From: Callorhinchus milii
Lineage: Eukaryota
Direction of reading: 5' to 3'
NCBI RefSeq assembly: GCF_018977255.1
Contig: NW_024704743.1
Span: forward strand, 110,052,001-110,116,000
DNA: 64,000 bases
The notes under the pieces are model-generated. The model ran no database searches and was not told the origin of the DNA. It saw nothing but the letters and a program-made list of their open reading frames with translations. The translations under genes and the position numbers were made by a program. Below are positions 1-11,474 of the stretch, piece after piece (position 1 is the first letter of the stretch; each line of letters starts with the position of its first letter).

Positions 1-1734
1 CCGGCATGGCATATGGTTACCGGCAGGTGTTCCTTTCCCTACATTCAGTCAGATTCCTTACTAAAGAAACCCGTTGGAACTTGCTGCCTATTCCCCTGTT
101 GTCTATACTGAGAATCGCGGATAGGCATATGCCTTCAACGTAGTGGAGATTCTCCTTTCCAGCGGGTTTAGGTGATAAATGGGACCAGCAGCATGTAGTT
201 TAACCTACTGCTATTGTCTTGACAAATCTGGCTCCATCACTTGCCTCCTTTCTCCCCTTTTACCACCTTGTATTGTAGCTGGGCTACCCAGTGCAATTGC
301 CCAAGTGAGATTCCTTACCCAGACTCATAGTTCTACCAAACCCAGTCCAGCCCTCCACTCTCCATGTCGCTCATTAGACTATATTTTACCATTATATCTA
401 GCCACATCTCCACATGCCCAGTTGATATTGCAATTGGACTCTGATGAATGGCCCAAAAGTTATGCAATTCTATATTAAGACAATTCCAACAAGAACTAAA
501 GTGAGATTAGAAAAATGTTCTTTACGCAGAGGTTGGTTGAGCACGGAGACAGAATCAATCATTTTATTTTTCAAATAGAACTATATAGATATTTTAGATC
601 CCTGAAGAATAGGTATATTAAAGTGGGGGGGAAGCAAGTAGAAGTAGGGTTAGACCAGGTGGATCACTTGGTGGAAAAACACCAGCGCAGACATGAAGGG
701 CCGAATGGCATGTTTCTGTGCTGTTGACATTGGCTGATTTTGCCCAAAAATATACAGTCAATTCATTTTACAGTAAACTCTGAAGCGCTTTGAGATGTCA
801 CGAAGATGTGATAATGCGCTATATCAAATCCAAGGGTTATTATTACAAAGAACCATAGAGATTTACAGTACAGAATAAGACCATTTGGCCCATCTCGTCT
901 ATGTTGCTTTGAAAAAGCAATTCAATTCAAGCCCATTTACCTGCCTTTTACCTCAGTGACCCTGCAAATTACTCCTTTTTCATCTAGTTCCCTCTTGAGA
1001 GCTGCTATGGATTCTGTCTCGACTGCCATGCGAGGCTGGGCATTCCACATCCATATCCCAACAACTCTGTGTTTATGTGGGAAAAAAAGGCAAGGGTTTG
1101 GCCAGTATTCTCCCATCATATTTACAAAGCATTCAAAAGAAATTTAGGGATCTAACACTATGAGCTCAATCTTTCCACTTTAATTCTCTGGATCCTTTAT
1201 TCCTGTAAAGAGGGGGTGGGAATCTTAATGTATTCAGGTTTCATTAGCCTAAACTATTGCTTATCGTTCCTTTGAAAATGCAAATTAGAGTTGAGTTCCC
1301 TTTTAATATGGAAAAAATTATCTGAAGCTCTTCACACCTCAGAGTAAGTGGCCCCGTGACAACCCTTCTAAGCATCTGATTCATTATGTATTTTGAGTTC
1401 ATCCTTCAAATCCAATCCTCATCAATTTTGTAACATTTTTCACAGGCTCGCTCTCTTTAACCTCCTTTTTCACCTCTCATCCTCATCTCTGTTTGGCTTT
1501 TTTTTCTTTTTCCAGCTCAGTTCCTCTCTTTTATTAATGATTATTTTATGACCTGGTTTTGAAATGAAAAGTGTGATGTTGTCATGCGCCAATTAATACC
1601 TGTGTGCTAATTAACACATACATGGAATTTAGTGTCTTTATGTCAATTTACCCACAGACTGCTACCCAGAGGCATCCCTCAATGCCCTTCACAATGGTTG
1701 CATTTAGCAGTCAGCTGCACCATCACCACCACCA

Positions 1735-2100
1735 GCTTGCATTTATACCCCTAATGCAGGGATGCGTCCCAGAGCACTTGACAGCGGCAGAGTATGACTC
1801 CAAGTCGGGAAAGGGGGAGGTGACCGTAGGCACGGTTGAATAGGAAGGTTTTCAGGCACCACCTGAAAATGGGGAAGGAAGTGGAAAGGCAGAGGGATAG
1901 AGGAAGGGTGTTCCAGAGTTTCAGGGCGTAGTGGCTGAAAGCGCGGCCACCAATGGTGAAACAGAGGGCATGGGGACATGCAGAAGACTGAAGCCAGTCG
2001 AGCAGAGGCAGCGGTTTGGGGGATAAGCAGGTCGGAGAGGTAGGGAGATGCCAGTGCATGAAGGGATTTGAAAACGAGTGTGAGGATCTTGAACCACCAT
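1735..2100 (-). mobile_element. L2 3' fragment; similar ones at ~6740-6970(-), 16420-16880(-, two nested), 25300-25700(-), 28710-28940(-), 43790-44320(+), 48330-48900(-)
   Basis: FKILTLVFKSLH.LA.PYLSDLL and GGRAFSHYA..LWN.LP motifs. Confidence 0.85.
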
Positions 2101-2499
2101 GTATAGGACTTTGGTTCACAGTTCACGATATTGAACTGCGATTTAGCTGACTTAACTAAACAACACACAATAAATTAAATGCCTCCTGTCTAATGCCACA
2201 ATTCCAGCTTCTTGATGCAACCATTGAAAAGGGTGAGGAAAGAGGGAGGATTGAGGGATTTGCCCTCAATAAAGGGTCAAGTCAATGCATTAAATGTCAT
2301 TAAGTTGCTAAATTGAATGGATGCGTTAATCACCAACGTTGGTGTTATTTAACACATCCCACATCGCAATTTTCACGGTTACACAACCAGTTTTGGCACC
2401 ATTCATTTTGACCCAAGAACCATGGTATGATAATAAGAGGGCTCCACAGCAGCAGAAACAGTTGCAGACAGTAACTGTGGAATGAATCTTCTTTTTCAG

Positions 2500-2664
2500 G
2501 CGACCCTGCAGCAGAGGAATGGTCCCCCTGGACTGTCTGCTCATCGACGTGTGGGCAGGGTACACAGACCCGGATGAGATCCTGCGTGTCATCTCCATAT
2601 GGTACCTCTTGCAGCGGACCCCTGCGGGAAATGAGACTATGCAACAATTCAGCAGTGTGTCCAG
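2500..2664 (+). CDS. ADGRB1: ADGRB1 exon (approx. human exon 5), TSR2: (G)[54 protein letters not shown]
   Basis: ttttcag| acceptor, |gtctgc donor, 165 nt, phase 1-1; WxxW and CSxTCG TSR motifs; closely resembles BAI1 [11 protein letters not shown]...LCNNSAVCP. Confidence 0.95.
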
Positions 2665-4020
2665 GTCTGCTTGAACTAACGGAACAACCCTTCTGGGGAG
2701 AAATTCCTTTCAGCATTACCCTTTGGTGATGTCATTCACTGGTAGGATTACCCCTATAGCAGCGAGACACCATCAAAGGCCCTACATCTAACACTGAATG
2801 GAATTTCTCCCTACTCTTGCTTTCACTTACTTGTCCTGATTTCCTTCCCTTACATTTGTTTTGTTTTCATGCCCTCGCTGAATCCTGCCGAGGTCAGGCC
2901 ACCCCCAACATTGGTGCCGAGCCAACATTCGACCAGTGCATCGTACAATCAAGTCGTTAAGATCAAGTCCGTCAGTAGATCCAATTCAAAGCCAAGTTGC
3001 TCCTTGGCCATCCCCAGTGTATGTTTCAACCTCAAAAGGAACATCAACAACATCAATGTGACAACATCATTCCCTACATGCTCTACGTCTGCTTCCTGGG
3101 TTACTGCTAAATGAGTCGTGAAATAATAAAGGGATTTGTTACCATGTAGCCTGCCTGCTCCACTGGATAAGAACGAGGTTCAGGGTCATGAGAGCCAATT
3201 TTTAGAATGTCTTTGCCCACTAGCTGGTTAAAGATCCCATGGTGTATTCCAAAAAAGCGGAGTTTCTCTCTGTGTCGTGGCCAACAATCCTTAAAATAAA
3301 ATTGGTCACATTATAGCTGTTTGTGGGACATTGCCATGAGCAAATTGGCTGATGTAATTGGCTACAAAATACATAGTGATGATACTTGACAGCAATTCTC
3401 CATGAATTGCATTGAGACATTTTGACATGATAGGCCCTGGAACAAATAAGTATAAGGATTATTATTATAAGATTATTTAGTTAAATCTAGGGTGTTAAAA
3501 TTATTAAATGTTCAAGCACTTCATCAAAAGCAGGATGCCTTTGGAACTATGTATAGTCAGACATCTGGCTGACCAAAAAAAAATTGAATCTTGCAACTGG
3601 CACTTATATAGTTACTTTCACATAAAGGTATGTCTCAAAAAATTTGGCAAAATGGAATGGCGGATTAGCAATTTAGATGTTGACAAAAGGACGTTGACAA
3701 AAGTGAGGATTAAAGAGATGTTTTCAGGAAGTTTTTGAAGGTGGAGAGAGTTAGCGAGGCAAAGCACAAAATTAAGTGTAGGGTTTCTGCAACATTATGC
3801 ATAAGGATATACATCTGAAGAAGGCTGCGCTGTGACATGTCTATAAAATCCCTTCATGGACTACAAGCCCTGACAATATGGCACAAGCGCCACCTGGAAA
3901 ATGTTCTTGGTAAATCACCTGCAAAGTACACAGTCACTACACTTTATGATGAACCCTTTGAAGAGAATTGAGACATTCCAAGGTGTCTTACAAAATTGTT
4001 TTCTGTTCCCATCTTGGTTG

Positions 4021-4440
4021 GTGTCAGTCTGGCTTGATTGGTAGCACTCTTGCCTCCAAATCAGAAGGTTGTGGGTTCAAGCCCATTGACAGTACTTTGA
4101 ACTCCCACTCTGAAATGATACTCCAAAACTGTGCTGGGGTGTGCTGCATTGTCAGAGGTGCTGACCTTCAGATGAAGGTCCTGTCTGCCTGTTCGGATCG
4201 ATGTTAAATATCCCATGGCACTATTTACAATGAGGAAGCAATTTTTCCTAGTGTCCTGGTCAACAATCGCCCAGATAAAATTATTTGTTCCTTACATGAT
4301 TGTTTGTAGGAAACTACTGTGCACAAATTGGGTACAAAATACACCGTCACTACACTTTACAATAAATCCTGTGAAACACTTTGGGACGTGGACCTGACAT
4401 GAAAGACAGCTTGTCAAATACAATTTTTCTTATTATTATT
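4021..4440 (+). mobile_element. tRNA-headed SINE with Deu-type central domain and L2-like tail; further copies at ~9830-10245, 53519-53950, 55650-56070, 56395-56815, 63780-64000 (+) and ~13140-13440, 13490-13780, 16070-16350, 18800-19115 (-)
   Basis: Head ggctcagttggtagcac...ggttcaagccc (A/B boxes); core gcattgtcagaggtg...cagatgag..gttaaac...taaagatcccatggcacta...gtgtcctggccaac; tail atcaaatgcaagg(att)n. The DeuSINE assignment is from recalled consensus. Confidence 0.8.
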
Positions 4441-4458
4441 CCTGATTGCCATTTCCAG

Positions 4459-4547
4459 ATTCCCAATGGGGCAGCATGCAGCAGACCCCTGTGGGAATTT
4501 AGATTACGCAACGATTCAGCAGTGTGTTCAGGTCTGCTTGAACTAAC
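4459..4547 (+). pseudogene. Decayed duplicate of the 3' part of the TSR2 exon plus its donor site
   Basis: Aligns to ~2592-2680, including the intronic ggtctgcttgaactaac; translates IPNGAACSRPLWEFRLRNDSAVCS versus [24 protein letters not shown]. Confidence 0.85.
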
Positions 4548-6492
4548 AAAAAAAAATTTTGTTTGTGGGTCAGTATTTGGGTAATTCCAAAGGCAGACAA
4601 TCTATTCACTCTCACATTTGCCATTAAGGATAGGTTCATTACATCACATATTGGAGTTTTGACCAGGTTATGTGATGAGTGATTTTTGGTAGAATACCTT
4701 CTATGAATGATCTTTTTCCAAAGCAATGGGAAAGGGGAATGGGTAGAAATATGTTAAATAAGGTGTTTGTAGTTGAAAGTCCTGAAACTCACAATCCCAC
4801 CTGGTCATAGCCCGTAAGACCATTCTGTCTTAATTCTTGAATTGTGAAAAATTCCAATACTCTGTCTCAATGTGGGAGCCAGCCTCTTTTTAAGAAAATG
4901 CCTCGATGAGGGATGGTAAGGTGGATGTTCTGGAAGGATGAGGTTGAATGGGCCGAAAGGTCTTTTTCATTCAGACCAATTTTATGATCTTGTGAAGAAC
5001 TGCAGGAAGGGGGAAAAAAAAGGACAGCTTCCCAAAATGAAGACTGAATTTGTGGATTTTCCCCAATCCTCTGTCATCTTCGATTTTTAAGACAAAATAG
5101 TTTCACAGGCTAAGAGCAGGTCTCTACTATCTCTTCTCCGAAATGGGGGGGAAAGAAAACCTTGTGATTCTCTACCTATTGTCAAGGTGCGTCAACGTGG
5201 GACACTCTTCACAATGTGTCTGGCACAATGCGCCTATGCAAAGAACGGCCTATGTTCAAATTAACACTGTGCAGCTGAAAGCATCTGTCAGAGCATCTGG
5301 AGGAGCTGACAGCAGTGAATTTGGCTTTACAAATGACTCTGGAGTGTCAACAGTGTACGTGATAGTGATGAGCATCACAGTGAAATGTGTTTGTGCCTTC
5401 ATGCATTGTCCAGTATGGGTCAGCGATCAGGAGCAAGAGCTCTTGATTAAAGTTCTCTGTTCAAACGCCTCCTTTACTTAGTTCAGGGGAATGCTGAGGC
5501 CCAGATCGAACAAAGGATTTCCCTTTGGCTCCACTCTGAACTAGGCAAGTTGCTCTGCCAACTGAGCCAGAGATTTTTGTTTTGCCTGTAATGGCCTGAC
5601 TTCTCTTATAACGTTGCCTCCAACCGGTTTGGTATGTACACAGAAGGTGTAAAACCTCAGTGAAACTGAGTGTAACATCACACATAATATACAAAGAAAC
5701 ATACTGTTGTTTAAACAAGAGTAGTGATATGTGCACCAGTACTAAATCTCTGTAAAGGAAAAGATGCACTCTAAAATGAGAGGTATTTTTATGCATGTCC
5801 AGAGTGTCATTGCACTGTAAAACAGGATTTGTTATGTATATTCGGGAATGTTGTAGAGAGACATAAGTATTATATCTCTGTATAATAACTAGAGAAGTAC
5901 AACACTGCTGTAAAACACAGGGTGTTAACATACAACATGTATGGAGTGTTACAGTGCGGTAAAATAATATTATAAAATTAATTATACTTTGGCATCGAGA
6001 TGTAGCCCTGGCTAAAATGCTACGTTTTGGTCGAATTTATATTTTCATCCCTGCTTGACAGACCAACGCAGGGAAAGAAATATCGAGGATTAACTGGGTG
6101 CCGAATCGGTGTGGGGCCCAAAATTTACCAAAGATCGCCAGCTTGTGATTTAAAAAAATGATAGCAGATGCTAGGGCTTGAAAACGGAAGAAACCACATT
6201 ATGTGGCAGGGTGTGCTGTCACCTGGTGGCAATGGTTCAGGCTTGGGTTGAATAAGAAGCCATAAATTTTAATCCTATTATTATTTTGAGTGGGTGGAGT
6301 AGGGTGGGGTGTACAAAGGAGCATTTTGTGTTTCAGAATGTAACATCACTTCAGAAAGTGCTGGGGAGTGACGGGCATTCACAGTGCCCACCGAACTTTG
6401 AGCCCACACCAGTGACTGGCTGTCGCCTACACTTCATTTCGACGGAGCCGATGTGACATGACGTGAGCTCCATTGTTGTCTCTGCTTTTCAG

Positions 6493-6657
6493 TGCACGGC
6501 GTTTGGGAGGAGTGGTCGCCCTGGAGCTTGTGCTCCTCCACATGCGGGAGGGGACATCGGGACCGCACTCGCTCCTGCATCCAACCCCAGTTCGGAGGCA
6601 ACCCCTGCGAGGGTCCCGAGAAGCAAACCAAATTCTGCAACATTGCACTTTGTCCCG
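6493..6657 (+). CDS. ADGRB1: ADGRB1 exon, TSR3: [55 protein letters not shown]
   Basis: cttttcag| ... |gtatgg, 165 nt, phase 1-1; near-identical to BAI1 TSR3 as recalled. Confidence 0.97.
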
Positions 6658-7857
6658 GTATGGTCTTTTCCTCATGTACTTCCTCCCTGATTTCCCGACT
6701 TGCACATGGTGCATTATACAACAACAACGACAGAAACCTTCATGAATGTCACCTTTCACACCGGATAGCATCTCGGTGCGCTTAACAATGGTGGAGGATG
6801 ACACTGAGCTGGGGAGAAAGGGGAGGTGACTGTAGGCACAATCGAAGAGGAAAGTCTTCAGGTGCAATCTGAAGATGGGCAAAGAGCGGGCAAGGTGGAA
6901 GGTTTGAGGCAGATCATTCCAGAGGACTGGGGCATAGTGGCTGAAAGCACAGCCACTGATTGTGGAGGGGTCAAGATGTGTTACTGGGGAGGGTTTGGGG
7001 TAAAGGTGGTTGGCAATAGCAGTATTCCTAAATGCATACCTTTCCTTAATCAAGGAAATTCCTTAAGACAGAACACAGAAAATATGGAATTGAGACAGGA
7101 CAACCTGTCCTCTCTAACTTAGGAGCATAGAATTTTACAGTGCAGAAGAAGACGATTGGACCCCTTGTGCTGGCTTTCTGAAAGAGTGGCCATTCAATTT
7201 CTTTCTCCTGTCATTTCCCCTGCACCCTTGTTAGATTTCACTTTTTCAATTGACGAATAGCTTGGTCTATCGGATAGCACTCTTGCCTCTGGGTCAGAAG
7301 GTTGTACATTCAAAACCACCCATCTGGTCTTGAGTCAGAAGGTTGTGGTTAAATACACGGTCACTACACTTTGCAGTATATCCTAGAAATGCTCTGAGAA
7401 GTTTCAACCACAATGTTATAAGTGCTACATCAAAATGTGACGATTTGTAATTGTTATTAAAAAAAATTGCTCTTGATTGATTATTTAAGAGCAAAATGTT
7501 ATTTAAAAAGTCTGATGATTAATTTGCCTATTAAACACTTATAGTTAATACAATATAATACAACATGTCAAATATACATCCTTGAACCCTGACTGTGCTC
7601 ATTGTAGCTCCAGCTACAATGTACTGATGGGCCAAATGGCATCCTTTCTTCTGCAAATTTCTATGTTTCTTTGAATAGGTATCTTAAAAGGATTGAACTA
7701 CAGGGGTTTGACAGAAAAGGTGGATAAATTAGACTGAATGGATTGCTCTTTCAAAGAGTCGTGATGAGCCAAATGGTCTTTCTTCTGTGCTGCCAATTTA
7801 TATGGCTTTACAGCAGAACCACTGTAACTCTTAATTCTTTGGTTTCTTCCCCATAAG

Positions 7858-8022
7858 TGGATGGGAACTGGAACGACTGGTCAAGCTGGAGCCAGTGCTC
7901 TGCCTCCTGCTCGAATGGGACACAGCAGCGGACAAGAGAGTGCAATGGGCCTTCATTTGGTGGGGCTGAGTGTCAAGGCTACTGGTCTGAAAACAGGCCC
8001 TGCTTTCTGAGGAAGTGCCCAG
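7858..8022 (+). CDS. ADGRB1: ADGRB1 exon, TSR4: [55 protein letters not shown]
   Basis: Polypyrimidine tract plus taag| acceptor, |gtaagg donor, 165 nt. Confidence 0.96.
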
Positions 8023-9527
8023 GTAAGGTGTGGACTGGTTAAGCACTCTGAAACACTATCCCATGAGAAGGGAGCTATATAAATGCTAGTTGCTGTAGTT
8101 GTGGGTCATTCAAGTTGTTTTTGATGGGATAAATGAATTAGGCACCTTCTCCCTCCCATTATGACTGTGTCCTGGAGTCTTGCTAATGGTTAATAAAGTG
8201 GGTACTACATGAAGCAGGGTTTCGCCCACAAATATACAGTCAATTCACTTTACAGTATATTCTGTAAAGCGCTTTGAGACGTCTAGAAGACGTGAAAAGC
8301 GCTATATCAAATGCAAGGATTATTATTATTATTACTTTAGTTTTGTTTCAGTCAATGATCCACTGCCAAAGTTCTTTATTTTACCTTCAAAGCATTATTT
8401 TTCCGTCTGCCCCACCTTCCAACAACAACAACAACAACAAATTACATTTCTATAGCACCTTTCACGTCAGGAGGACATCCCAAGCCGCTTCAAGGTCTGA
8501 ACAATACATCACCAGTGAGGTAAACCTAATCCATCTAAGTCTAAGAAGTGGGTCTGAGATCCAGCAGACGCTTCCCTATCAGTGGGGGATAATCCAATGC
8601 CTGGTGATTTCCATTTTGCAACGCTAGGAAGAGTACAAAAGGTTCAACGAGTGGAGAGGTCGGATGCAATGTTGCTGTAAAAGAATCCGCCAGTCACAGT
8701 ATTGCTATCGGTCTGAATGGAATTCACAATAATGACAGGATTCTCAGCTCAGGGTCACACAATTCTCATTGTGTGGCTTCGGTTCCCGCAGATGATGCCA
8801 GGAGTTTTTTAAGATACGTTCACAACCTCAGGCCCTCTTCACACGGGAACTCCTTGAGGGGACACACCCTGCTTGTCTAATTCTGGAGAGTATCAGGCAC
8901 AAGGTTGTCAAGTGCCAAGGCTTTTGAACCCCCTTTAGTGTGTATTTTGGGGTTAAGCTAACGTCAAAGCGATGCATCTGGCAAGGGAATATCAGAATCA
9001 CCTCAATCCTCTGTGGCAATCTTGTTAGGCCGGTTCCTGAGCCAGATGGATCCACAGTCCTCCAAAGCACTTTTAATAATAATAATAACAAAATAATAAT
9101 CCTGGCATTTGATATAGTGCTTTTCATGTCTTCTAGATGTCTCAAAGCGCTTCACAGAATACACTGTTATGTGAATTGACTGTATATTTGTGGGCAAAAT
9201 GCGGCAGCCAATTGCGCACAGCAGTGTCTCACAAACAGTCGAGGATTGAAGTGACCAATTTATTATTGTGCTTTTTTTTCTTGAGGGATTATTATCAGGG
9301 GTGTGGAGTAAGGAAACTTGCCCAATGTTTTGCCCTCGTGGGAATCAAACCCAGGTCTTTCACTTGTGAGGCAAGTGCTCCAATAATAAGTATTATTATT
9401 TTTATAGTGATGGGTTCTCACTTGTGCCAGACCTGACTGAGCAAAAGGAATGTATCACGGTGAGAATGTTTTGAATCCACTGAAACAAGTTGTGATCAGT
9501 TTGTAACACCAATATTTTCTGTTACAG

Positions 9528-9692
9528 TGGATGGAAAATGGCAAAAGTGGACCAGTTGGGAATCGTGCACCAAAACTTGCGATGGAGGGAAACAGCGCCG
9601 AGAGAGGATTTGCACTGGACCTTTTTTTGGAGGGCTTCAGTGTGACGGATCCTGGGAAGAGTATAGGTTGTGCAATGAGAAGCGGTGTCCAG
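9528..9692 (+). CDS. ADGRB1: ADGRB1 exon, TSR5: [55 protein letters not shown]
   Basis: ttacag| ... |gtaaat, 165 nt, TSR motif pattern. Confidence 0.95.
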
Positions 9693-10339
9693 GTAAATAT
9701 CTGTGACTGTGAGTGGAGGATTAACAAGTCAGTGTGGTTATAACACAGTTAGTGCATCAGTATCCTGCACTGCAGGATGCTGGTTCGTGGTTACTATTAT
9801 TCCCCTCCCCTTTGATAGCACCCTCGTATTTTGGCTCAGTTGTAGGTTGAAGCCCAACATTAGATATGAGTCATCATCTAGTCTAATGCTTGTGGAGTAC
9901 TGAGAGGAGTGCTGCATGGTTGGAATTGCTGATATATGCTGCCTTGTCAGAGATGTAGTCATTTGGATGAGATGTTAAACAGTCTGCCTGTTCGGGTGGA
10001 TATTAAAGATCCCATGCACTATTGAAAACAGAAGGGAGTTTCTCCTGGTGTCCTGCCCAACACTCCCCCAGAAAAAAAGTTGGTCATTCAATTCATTGGC
10101 CGTTTGTAGGACATGGCTCTGCGGCAATTGCCTGTCATATTCAACTGTACCATTCATAGTCACTAAACTTTATAGCAAACCCTGTGAAGTGTTTAAGGCA
10201 TACTCCAGATATGAAAGGCATAATATCAAATGCAAGTATTATTATGGAGGTTGAACCCCACAGTCTTACTCTTAGGGAACAAACTATGTTTTCTTACAAA
10301 ATAGCACCACAAGTAACCAGGTTCTAACCTCTGTTCCAG

Positions 10340-10441
10340 AGCCTCATGAATACTGCCCAGACGAAAACCATGAGTCGCTGGTGTGGACGAAGACACCAGC
10401 AGGGGAGTCTGCGGTGGTCAGATGTCCACCAAATGCTGCAG
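10340..10441 (+). CDS. ADGRB1: ADGRB1 exon, HormR part 1: [34 protein letters not shown]
   Basis: ttccag| ... |gtaata, 102 nt; matches the BAI EPHEIC...W.ETPAG...RCP pattern. Confidence 0.95.
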
Positions 10442-10749
10442 GTAATAGATACTGGGAGGAATGGCCGCCTGCTCATACTGAGTGGGTTTAAACGTTTGTT
10501 GATTTCCATTAAAAGAGAGATCGACAGAGACTGAGGTAGACAAGTATTAAGGGGTATGGCAAAAGGGCCGAGCATCGGGATTAAAAGGTCTGCCAACATT
10601 TTACAAGCTGGTGGAGCAGGCATGTTGAGTTGAATGGCTCCTCCTGTGTTCCTCGCACTGTTATAGCTTATCCAAGGTTCTGCTGGAACAGAACCAACCT
10701 TTGGTTACCTTGGTATTTAAAAACACTAACTTCCTTCTTTGCTGCTCAG

Positions 10750-10856
10750 GAATAATCCTGAGGCGATGTGTCTTGGACGAAGCTGGAATCGCGTTTTGGG
10801 ATCCACCGAGTTTCCTCAAGTGTATTTCAAATGACTACCGGACACTTCAGTCGGAG
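10750..10856 (+). CDS. ADGRB1: ADGRB1 exon, HormR part 2: [36 protein letters not shown]
   Basis: ctcag| ... |gtatgt, 107 nt, frame continuous with neighbours. Confidence 0.95.
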
Positions 10857-11310
10857 GTATGTGTGCACTGCTTGATATTCTGTTGTGAGACTGATTTTAG
10901 ATTTGCTCAAGAGAATGACGAGTGGAACATTTCTTTGTTACATTCCCCCATAATGTTTGTATGTCATTCCTTTTGTAAATCTCTCCCTTCTCCCACCTTC
11001 CCACTTGTCCTCCCCTCTGTTACCAGGACAATACGCCACCTGTTAGCTCCTTTCTTTAAATCTCTTCCAACGTCAATATTTTTAGAAATACCTCCTGATG
11101 AAGGCAGGTATGGTCACGGAACTACTGTAGTTCATTTACAAGAGTGATTATTACTATTTATGAAACATGCAAATATAATTATTAGTTCCTAATTCCCAAA
11201 TGACTTAGTAACCTACACTGCCTTGTTGCTGAGCAACCTGGAGATGGAGTCGACTTCACAGTCTGTTTGCCAAAGCCCCTCACATGAGAACCTGGATTAA
11301 GCAGTCTTTG

Positions 11311-11474
11311 AAAGTCTTAGCAATACTGGGGGTCTATTATACATCAGATGTAAACCATCTATAAAGCATGTGTAAAAGTACATGTGCGCAAAAGTCTTAG
11401 CAATACTGGGGGTCTATTATACATCAGATGTAAACCATCTATAAAGCATGTGTAAAAGTACATGTGCGCAAAAG
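11311..11474. repeat. Perfect 80-bp tandem duplication
   Basis: 11311-11390 equals 11391-11470, with aaag at the junctions. Confidence 0.95.

Noticed and set aside
7855..7857. AAG splice acceptor of the TSR4 exon
   Set aside because: Less common than CAG/TAG but still canonical AG, with a good pyrimidine tract and the expected 165-nt exon
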